Source: a virus
DNA length: 64,000 nucleotides
Direction: 5' to 3' (one strand)
Virus record (IMG/VR): IMGVR_UViG_3300032323_001720
Coordinates: 5,902 to 69,901 of that record
Below are positions 56,820 through 64,000 of the stretch, in pieces; the first letter of the stretch is position 1, and each line of letters starts with the position of its first letter. The notes below the pieces were generated by a model. That model was not told the DNA's origin. It was given only the letters and a program-made list of their open reading frames with translations, and ran no database searches. The position numbers and the translations under genes are program-made.

Positions 56820-58299
56820 CCTAATTATAACAAAGAAAGATGAAGTGTTCGCCAAAGTGGTATGTGAACGTCACCTTGCGATGGAACTGTCAGAGTACTT
56901 CACATTCTTTGTACCAGGTTATCAATTCGTTCCAGCCTATCGGAATCGAATCTGGGACGGTAAAATACGTCTATTCAATCTAACGACACAACAAATCTAT
57001 TTGGGTTTGATACCCTATCTAAAAGAATTCTGTGAAGAACGCAATTACACCTACTCGATAGAAGAAACTCAAGACGAATATTCAATTTATCATTTCGATA
57101 AGTTTGCAAAGACTTTGAATCTGCATTCTCAAGGAAAACCAATTGGTGTAAGAGAACATCAGAGGAAAGCATTCATTCATGCAATGCAACACAGAAGAGC
57201 GCTGTTGTTGTCACCGACCGCTTCTGGTAAATCACTCATAATTTATCTTTTAGTCAGGCAACTTCTTGATTACCAAAAGTTAAAAGGTCTTATCATTGTA
57301 CCAACAACATCACTAGTTGAACAGTTGTATTCAGACTTTGCCGATTACTCATCAGAAAATAATTTCGTTGTTTCAGAAAACGTACACAGAATATACCAAG
57401 GAAAAGAAAAAGTTTCTGATAAACCAGTAATTATTTCTACATGGCAGTCACTGTATCAACTACCAAAAGAATACTTTGAACAGTTTGATTACGTCATTGG
57501 AGATGAGGCACACTTGTTCAAGGCACAGTCACTAACAACAATTATGACTGCCGCAAACAAAACAAAGTATCGTATTGGTTTAACTGGTACTTTAGATGGC
57601 ACCAAGACTCACAAACTGGTCTTGGAAGGTTTGTTTGGTACTGTAGAGAAGGTAATCACAACAAAAGAGTTGATCGATAAGAAACAATTGTCGCCTTTCA
57701 ATATCAAATGTCTGGTACTCAAACATTCACCAGAGGTATGTGAAAAACATAAAGATGATTCTTATCAAGAAGAAATAGAATACCTTATCACATCCGAAAA
57801 CAGAAATAGATTCATTAGAAATCTATGCATCAGTTTAGACAAAAATACCCTAGTGCTTTATCAAATGGTTGAAAAACATGGTAAAATATTGTATAATATA
57901 ATTAAAGAAAAAGCAAACGGCCGCAAGGTATTTTTTGTACATGGCGGAGTAGAAACAGAAGACAGGGAAAATATTCGCAAGATTATGGAGACAGAAAATG
58001 ATGCTATTGTTGTGGCTTCTTTTGGGACTTTTTCTACTGGAATTAATATTAGGAATTTACATAATATTATCTTCGCATCTCCGTCAAAGTCAAGAGTTCG
58101 AAATCTTCAATCGATTGGACGATCTCTTAGACAGTCGGAAGGTAAAGAAATGGCAACGCTCTATGATATCGCAGACGATCTCAGACACGGAAAGAAAATG
58201 AACTTTACTCTACAACATTTCGTGGAGAGAGTGAAAATATATAATGAAGAGAAGTTCTCTTTTAAAATTTACAACATAGGATTAAAAGATGGAAAATAA
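56806..58299 (+). CDS. uvsW: DNA helicase UvsW (start codon uncertain)
   Basis: WDGKIRLF, SPTASGKS, GDEAH, GLTGT and LQSIGR motifs. Confidence 0.95.
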   Translation: MEANDLIITKKDEVFAKVVCERHLAMELSEYFTFFVPGYQFVPAYRNRIWDGKIRLFNLTTQQIYLGLIPYLKEFCEERNYTYSIEETQDEYSIYHFDKFAKTLNLHSQGKPIGVREHQRKAFIHAMQHRRALLLSPTASGKSLIIYLLVRQLLDYQKLKGLIIVPTTSLVEQLYSDFADYSSENNFVVSENVHRIYQGKEKVSDKPVIISTWQSLYQLPKEYFEQFDYVIGDEAHLFKAQSLTTIMTAANKTKYRIGLTGTLDGTKTHKLVLEGLFGTVEKVITTKELIDKKQLSPFNIKCLVLKHSPEVCEKHKDDSYQEEIEYLITSENRNRFIRNLCISLDKNTLVLYQMVEKHGKILYNIIKEKANGRKVFFVHGGVETEDRENIRKIMETENDAIVVASFGTFSTGINIRNLHNIIFASPSKSRVRNLQSIGRSLRQSEGKEMATLYDIADDLRHGKKMNFTLQHFVERVKIYNEEKFSFKIYNIGLKDGK

Positions 58300-58651
58300 C
58301 ATTTACGCTCTCAGATTCAAGGATGGAACTGATGTTATTTGCATTATGGAACAAATTGATTCATATCAAATGAAAGTTACAAACCCCATGATGTTTGAAG
58401 TGAGGAATTCAAATCTGCTTTTGCAACATTGGTTACCGGTAGATATTATGAAAGGTGATTCGGTGGCAATAAACAATGAGGATATTCTTTGTGTTTTTGA
58501 ACCAACCGATGAATTTAAGGAATATTACCTGAATACTGTGGAACGTATGGCAGAATTATTGAATAATAAGTCTAAGGTAAAGGAACAAGATATTAATATG
58601 ATGGAGATGCTAAAAGAGATGGAATCAATTAAAGGAAATTTATTACATTAA
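58289..58651 (+). CDS. Conserved hypothetical protein between uvsW and gp55
   Basis: Sm-like beta-rich N-terminus (F.DG.DVI...NPM...WLP); typical position. Confidence 0.65.
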   Translation: MENNIYALRFKDGTDVICIMEQIDSYQMKVTNPMMFEVRNSNLLLQHWLPVDIMKGDSVAINNEDILCVFEPTDEFKEYYLNTVERMAELLNNKSKVKEQDINMMEMLKEMESIKGNLLH

Positions 58652-58673
58652 TATCATCGGGGCTACACCGTGA

Positions 58674-58702
58674 ACTGTATCACGTGTCAAGCCTTTTGTC
58701 AA
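58674..58702 (-). promoter_or_regulatory. Possible antisense sigma70-type promoter
   Basis: On the - strand TTGACA (58702-58697), 17-bp spacer ending TGA, then TACAGT (58679-58674). Confidence 0.4.
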
Positions 58703-58724
58703 CAACTTTTTATGGTATACTTGA

Positions 58725-59264
58725 ATGAACAAACAGAAACACTACATCAATAATGAAGATTTCCTAAAGGCATTAGTCGCATACAAAGAGCTATGCATAG
58801 AGTCTGAAAAGAATGGTAAACCGAAACCCAACATACCAAATTATATTGGTGAATGTTGGATGAAAATTGCCGAAGGACTCTCACACAAACCAAACTTTAT
58901 CAACTATACTTACCGAGATGAAATGATTTCGGATGGCATTGAAAACTGTCTGATGTATTTTGAGAACTTTGATCCAAACAAATCCAAAAATCCGTTCGCA
59001 TACTTCACTCAGATCATTTACTATGCATTCCTTAGGAGAATTCAAAAGGAAAAGAAACAACTGTATGTGAAGTACAAATCTACCGAACAGATTGGTATTC
59101 TGGATGAATTTGAAACCATGGAGTTTGAAGATGGTACAACTAAACAGTTTGAACTGTATGACAACATTGCCGAGTTTATTGAGAACTACGAAGTTGCCAA
59201 AAAAAGCAAAAAAGAAATGAAGTTGGTAAAGAAGCCCAAAGGCGTTGAAAAATTTATGGAGTGA
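58725..59264 (+). CDS. gp55: Late transcription sigma factor gp55
   Basis: HY.NN..F, YIGEC..KIA..LS..PNF.NY and NPFAYFTQI.Y.AF.RRI.KEK motifs. Confidence 0.96.
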   Translation: MNKQKHYINNEDFLKALVAYKELCIESEKNGKPKPNIPNYIGECWMKIAEGLSHKPNFINYTYRDEMISDGIENCLMYFENFDPNKSKNPFAYFTQIIYYAFLRRIQKEKKQLYVKYKSTEQIGILDEFETMEFEDGTTKQFELYDNIAEFIENYEVAKKSKKEMKLVKKPKGVEKFME

Positions 59265-59671
59265 TTATGAAAGTAGGATTTACATGTTCATGTTTCGATC
59301 TGTTTCATGCAGGTCATGTAATGATGTTGAGAGAAGCAAAAACTCAATGTGACTATTTAATTGTGGGGTTACAAACTGATCCAACAATTGATAGAAATTG
59401 GAAAAATAAACCCGTTCAATCGGTATTGGAAAGATTCATTCAGTTAGATGCTTGCAAATACGTGGATCAAATTGTACCATATGCCACAGAAAAAGAACTG
59501 AAGGATATATTGACTTCTTATCCAATTGATGTTAGAATCATTGGAGAAGAGTATCGTGATAAACAATTTACTGGTCACGATCTACCAATGCAAGTCTATT
59601 TTAATAGTAGACAACATAGTTTTTCAACAACCGAATTGCGGCAGCGAGTAACAGAATCCACAAGTAAATGA
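59261..59671 (+). CDS. Cytidylyltransferase (glycerol-3-phosphate cytidylyltransferase / TagD-like)
   Basis: FDLFHAGH (HxGH), LIVGLQTDP, KPVQS..ER and R.H.FSTT motifs. Confidence 0.85.
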   Translation: MIMKVGFTCSCFDLFHAGHVMMLREAKTQCDYLIVGLQTDPTIDRNWKNKPVQSVLERFIQLDACKYVDQIVPYATEKELKDILTSYPIDVRIIGEEYRDKQFTGHDLPMQVYFNSRQHSFSTTELRQRVTESTSK

Positions 59672-60741
59672 AAATTGCGATAATAACTGATCAACATTTT
59701 GGTGCAAGAAATGATTCGGTTCATTTTTTGGATTTCTATGAAAAGTTTTATAGAGACACCTTCTTTCCAAAATTAAAGGAAGAAAAGATTCAAACCGTAT
59801 TGATTCTTGGTGACACCTTTGATCGCAGGAAATACATGAACTTTTACACACTGAAACGTGCAAAAGAAATGTTTTTTGATCCACTCTCACAACTTGGTAT
59901 TCAGGTTCACATCTTGGCTGGTAACCATGATACCTATTTTAAAAACACAAACGATGTAAATTCGGTTGACTTGTTGTTGAATGAGTATGGCATCAGTTTC
60001 AATGTGATTGATCACCCATCACACATATATGTTGGTCCTCATAAAATTTGCATGATGCCATGGATTTGTCCTGAAAATTATGAGGACAGTATGGCAACAT
60101 TGAATGAATCCGATTCAAATTTTTGCATGGGTCATTTTGAAATAGCTGGCTTTGCAATGTATCGTGGCATGCCTAGTGAAGGCGGACTAGATCGTTCGTT
60201 GTTTAGAAAATTCAGACATACATTCAGTGGTCACTACCACCACAAATCAAGTGCAGATGGTATAACATACTTGGGTAATCCGTATGAATTGACTTGGCAG
60301 GACTATAATGATGAAAGAGGATTTCATATTTTTGATTTAGATTCTGAAGAACTCACATTCGTAAAAAATCCTAATGTCATGTTTCACAGAATTAAATATG
60401 ACGATAAAGAAGAAACCATTACCGAAATTAACAGCAGAGACTTGAGCATTTATAACAACACATACGTAAAAGTGGTTGTAATCAACAAAACGAATCCGTA
60501 TTTGTTTGACAAGTTTATGAATAATCTGTATAATGTCAATCCAATTGATATCACTATTGCAGAAGATTTCACAGAGTTGTCTGAAGGTATTGATGATAAG
60601 ATGATTGATCAAGCGGAAGATACGTTGACGATCCTTAACAAGTATGTTGACTCAATCAAAGAAGACAGCATAGATAATAATGAACTGAAAAACTTATTGA
60701 AAGAACTCTACGTAGAGGCCTTGAATACTGAACAAGCATGA
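59668..60741 (+). CDS. gp47: Recombination endonuclease subunit gp47 (Mre11/SbcD-like)
   Basis: TDQHFG, LGD.FD.R, GNHD and SGHYH phosphoesterase motifs. Confidence 0.95.
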   Translation: MKIAIITDQHFGARNDSVHFLDFYEKFYRDTFFPKLKEEKIQTVLILGDTFDRRKYMNFYTLKRAKEMFFDPLSQLGIQVHILAGNHDTYFKNTNDVNSVDLLLNEYGISFNVIDHPSHIYVGPHKICMMPWICPENYEDSMATLNESDSNFCMGHFEIAGFAMYRGMPSEGGLDRSLFRKFRHTFSGHYHHKSSADGITYLGNPYELTWQDYNDERGFHIFDLDSEELTFVKNPNVMFHRIKYDDKEETITEINSRDLSIYNNTYVKVVVINKTNPYLFDKFMNNLYNVNPIDITIAEDFTELSEGIDDKMIDQAEDTLTILNKYVDSIKEDSIDNNELKNLLKELYVEALNTEQA

Positions 60742-62456
60742 TACTATTTCGAAAGATTCGTTGGAAAAACCTGTTGTCTACAGGCAATGTATTTACTGAG
60801 ATTGATTTCACCAAATCACAGAACACATTGATCATTGGCCAAAATGGTGCGGGAAAATCCACCATTTTGGATGCATTGTGTTTTGGTTTGTTTGGTAAGC
60901 CCTTTCGCAAAATTAATAAACCACAATTGCTTAATTCTATCAACTCGCGTGATGCGGTAGTTGAGATTGAATTTTCTATTGGTAAAAAATCATATAAAGT
61001 TGTACGTGGCATCAAACCAAATCTGTTTGAAATTTACGTCAACGATGTGTTGTTGAACCAAGATGCAGCTGCAAAAGACTATCAAGAAATCCTAGAGAAG
61101 AACATTCTCAAACTAAACTACAAGTCTTTTACGCAGGTTGTTATTCTTGGTTCAGCATCTTTTGTTCCTTTTATGCAACTATCTGCATCAGATCGCAGAA
61201 CAATCATTGAAGACCTACTTGACATTCAAATCTTTTCTTCAATGAATGCCGTTGTTAAGGACAAACTCTCCAATATCAAAGATGATATCACTAAGGTTAA
61301 ATTCGATATCAATTTGGTAGAAGAGAAAATAAAATTACAGAAACAAAATATCGAAGAACACAAATTGCGTAATGATGTGGAAATCGAAAACAAGAAAAAG
61401 GAAATTCAAAACTCACGGAACCAGATAGATAAGATTACGAAAGATATTGAACTGATACAGAAACATGTATCAGTCTTGACTTCCAAGGTCGGAGATGGAA
61501 AAGAACTTCTACAGAATAAGTCTAAAAAACTTATTCAGATAGAAGCCAAGATCGAAAACAATATTACCAAAAACGAAAAGGATATTGAATTCTATGAAAA
61601 AAACGACAACTGCCCAACCTGTAAACAATCTATTGAAACACATTTCAAAGAACAACAAATTGAAGAAAGAAAATCCAAAGTCGGTGTTCAACAAAAGGGT
61701 CTTGAGGAAGTTAAGGCCGAGATTAACAAAATCACACAACGAATGAAAGAAATCACCGGAGTGTTGGAACATATCAATGCACACAACGGTGAAATCATCA
61801 AACACAATTCAACCATTTCGGCCATTCAGCAATACATTACCAAGTTGAACGTTGAAATCAATAGTCTTTCCACAAACAAAGACAACCTTGAAGAAGAGAA
61901 TGAAAAACTGAAGGGTTTGAAATCTGAATTGACCACATATTCTTTGTCTTATGAAAAACTAATCTCGGCAAAACACTATCACGAATTTGCCAGTGGTCTA
62001 TTGAAAGATACCGGTATCAAAACCAAAATCATCAAACAGTATTTGCCGATTATGAATAAACTGATCAACAAGTACCTGACTGCGATGGACTTCTTTGTCA
62101 ACTTTAATATCAATGAGAACTTTGAAGAGACAATCAAGAGTAGACACCGTGATGAGTTTTCATATGCCAATTTCTCTGAAGGAGAAAAGATGCGTATTGA
62201 CCTGGCATTGTTGTTCACGTGGCGACAAATTGCCAAGTTAAAGAATTCAACAAACACAAACCTTCTGATTCTAGATGAGGTCTTTGATTCTTCACTTGAT
62301 ACAGTTGGTACAGAAGAGTTCCTAAAACTGATTCACGAAATGGGAACAGATACAAACGTATTTGTTATTTCACATAAAGGCGACCAATTATTCGACAAGT
62401 TCCGTAGTGTAATTAGGTTCGAAAAGAAAAATAATTTTTCAAGGATTGCAAAATGA
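60738..62456 (+). CDS. gp46: Recombination endonuclease subunit gp46 (Rad50/SbcC-like)
   Basis: GQNGAGKST Walker A, CPTC zinc hook, FSEGEK signature and LILDEVFD. Confidence 0.96.
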   Translation: MILFRKIRWKNLLSTGNVFTEIDFTKSQNTLIIGQNGAGKSTILDALCFGLFGKPFRKINKPQLLNSINSRDAVVEIEFSIGKKSYKVVRGIKPNLFEIYVNDVLLNQDAAAKDYQEILEKNILKLNYKSFTQVVILGSASFVPFMQLSASDRRTIIEDLLDIQIFSSMNAVVKDKLSNIKDDITKVKFDINLVEEKIKLQKQNIEEHKLRNDVEIENKKKEIQNSRNQIDKITKDIELIQKHVSVLTSKVGDGKELLQNKSKKLIQIEAKIENNITKNEKDIEFYEKNDNCPTCKQSIETHFKEQQIEERKSKVGVQQKGLEEVKAEINKITQRMKEITGVLEHINAHNGEIIKHNSTISAIQQYITKLNVEINSLSTNKDNLEEENEKLKGLKSELTTYSLSYEKLISAKHYHEFASGLLKDTGIKTKIIKQYLPIMNKLINKYLTAMDFFVNFNINENFEETIKSRHRDEFSYANFSEGEKMRIDLALLFTWRQIAKLKNSTNTNLLILDEVFDSSLDTVGTEEFLKLIHEMGTDTNVFVISHKGDQLFDKFRSVIRFEKKNNFSRIAK

Positions 62457-63046
62457 ATACTGATGAAGTTGTATTATACGATACACAAGAACAAAGTAAG
62501 GTTGCGTCAACCGCACCAATCTTTAAACTTGCTCCTCCTGACTGGCCAACTCTTTATCAAGTTTTGCCAGAGTTTAACTTTAAGAAACCACCCGTCAATC
62601 CGGCAGAGTTTGCTTCTTCTTTGGTAGAAACGTGTAAAGCAAATAATGGATTAGGTCTTTCTGCCAATCAGTGTGGTTTTCCACACCGGGTTTTTGTCAT
62701 GGGTACCGGCGAAGAATATGTTGCGTTCTTTAATCCAGAATTAATCTCGACAGAGGGAGAAGTTCACATGGATGAGGGTTGCCTTTCTTTTCCAATGTTG
62801 ACACTAAAGGTAACAAGACCTAAAACAATTCAGGTAAAATATCAAGACTTCAAAGGTGAAACACATACCAAAACTTTTGAGGGATTAACCGCCAGATGTT
62901 TCCTGCATGAACTTGACCACATGAACGGAATAGTGTATACTGATAGGACTAAACCTCTTGCACTTCAACTTGGTTTGAAAAAACTGAGTAAGTTAAACAA
63001 GAAGATGCTTAAGTTCCAAAAGTTTAATCTATCAAAAAAGAAATAA
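62453..63046 (+). CDS. def: Peptide deformylase
   Basis: GLSANQ, EGCLS and HELDH, the three PDF motifs. Confidence 0.93.
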   Translation: MNTDEVVLYDTQEQSKVASTAPIFKLAPPDWPTLYQVLPEFNFKKPPVNPAEFASSLVETCKANNGLGLSANQCGFPHRVFVMGTGEEYVAFFNPELISTEGEVHMDEGCLSFPMLTLKVTRPKTIQVKYQDFKGETHTKTFEGLTARCFLHELDHMNGIVYTDRTKPLALQLGLKKLSKLNKKMLKFQKFNLSKKK

Positions 63047-63049
63047 TTA

Positions 63050-64000
63050 ATGGCGAAGAAAAAAGTATATCCATCGTTCGATGAACAGTGGCGTCTTTGG
63101 CAAATTGAAAATGATCCAGAGCGTTTCACTCATATCGATACCGAGAAACTAAAACAATCCCTGGTCGATGACTTGACGAAGGCATCCAACATGGATGTCC
63201 GTGAATATACTTTGTATCAAAAGTGGTGTGAGGTACATGAGAAGTATCCCACAAGAGAGATCAATACACTCACAGATGGTTATGAGATTCAATTGATTGA
63301 CGATAATCAATTGAAGATGGTTAAACAGGTCAAATCAAATTTCTGGATGCCAGAAACACCAGAGTGTTATGAGAAACTGAAACCTAAAATGGTCTTGTCG
63401 AATGGACCTTTGGCAGAAACCTGGAACACCATTCGTACCTTCTCTTCAACAATGAAGAACAATTCGAACATTGGTCGTAACCTGTTCTACACTGTTCAAG
63501 ATGAAGTTTCAGGTAAATATCTTGGTGTCATTTGCATTTCATCCGACTTTCTTGACTTGACACCGCGAGACAAGGCCATCGGTTGGGAACGAACCATTAA
63601 GACACAAGGCAATATGATTAATCATACTGCAATCGGTTCAACCATTGTACCTCTGCAACCGCTTGGATTCAATTATATGGGCGGCAAATTGTTGGCACTA
63701 CTCTGTCTCTCTGATACAGTACAGAAAGACTGGAAGAAACAATATGGTGATGTACTCGTAGGCGTGACAACAACATCACTGTATGGTAACACTAAATCAA
63801 ATGGTCTGTCTCAGTATGACGGGCTTGAACACTGGAACAAAATGGGTTTCTCTAGTGGTTCAGTTGCATTCGAACCGACAAAGAAGACTGTTAATGCTGT
63901 CTATGATTGGGTAAAAGAGAATCACACTCAAAAATATTTCGAATGGTGGGAAGCCAAAAAACCAAATGGTCTGCCTTTTAAACGTGACCATAAAAACCGC
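63050..64000 (+). CDS. DUF4338 (Druantia DruA-like) protein, 3' truncated
   Basis: Absent from the ORF track because it has no stop in the window. My translation MAKKKVYPSF... contains GRNL...LGVI, RD..IGW, P.QPLGFNY.GGKLLAL and TTSLYG...SQY motifs. Confidence 0.7.
   Translation, partial: MAKKKVYPSFDEQWRLWQIENDPERFTHIDTEKLKQSLVDDLTKASNMDVREYTLYQKWCEVHEKYPTREINTLTDGYEIQLIDDNQLKMVKQVKSNFWMPETPECYEKLKPKMVLSNGPLAETWNTIRTFSSTMKNNSNIGRNLFYTVQDEVSGKYLGVICISSDFLDLTPRDKAIGWERTIKTQGNMINHTAIGSTIVPLQPLGFNYMGGKLLALLCLSDTVQKDWKKQYGDVLVGVTTTSLYGNTKSNGLSQYDGLEHWNKMGFSSGSVAFEPTKKTVNAVYDWVKENHTQKYFEWWEAKKPNGLPFKRDHKNR

Noticed and set aside
1-64000. Alternative genetic code (stop codon reassignment)
   Set aside because: Core genes are full length under the standard code, and TAA, TGA and TAG all occur as stops at tight gene junctions.

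Overview
All recognisable genes lie on the + strand and form the core morphogenesis and recombination region of a large, AT-rich T4-like (myovirus) phage. The gene order resembles aquatic T4-like phages: baseplate gp7/gp8, a DUF4815/VrlC-like protein, many fibre/adhesin genes, gp13-gp23, gp3, uvsY, uvsW, gp55, gp47, gp46, peptide deformylase and a truncated DUF4338-like gene. The standout feature is a ~9.5 kb, 12-gene biosynthetic-type island (14318-23844) inserted among the tail-fibre genes. It encodes four radical SAM enzymes with Cys-rich SPASM-like tails, three 2OG-Fe(II) oxygenases, a JmjC/cupin and three unknown proteins. These surround a 188-aa virion-like protein whose only Cys and His residues form a C-terminal (CHxS)3-RSRR motif, so the island looks like a phage-encoded RiPP-type post-translational modification system, possibly acting on a virion protein. 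Other oddities are a DUF4815 gene split by two CFI-box-like domains, a chain of fibre genes linked by C-terminal DGGxF and N-terminal Mtd_N-like motifs, and a 43-bp exact repeat between glycine-rich paralogues. All assignments come from motif recognition and synteny by eye; no database searches were run.
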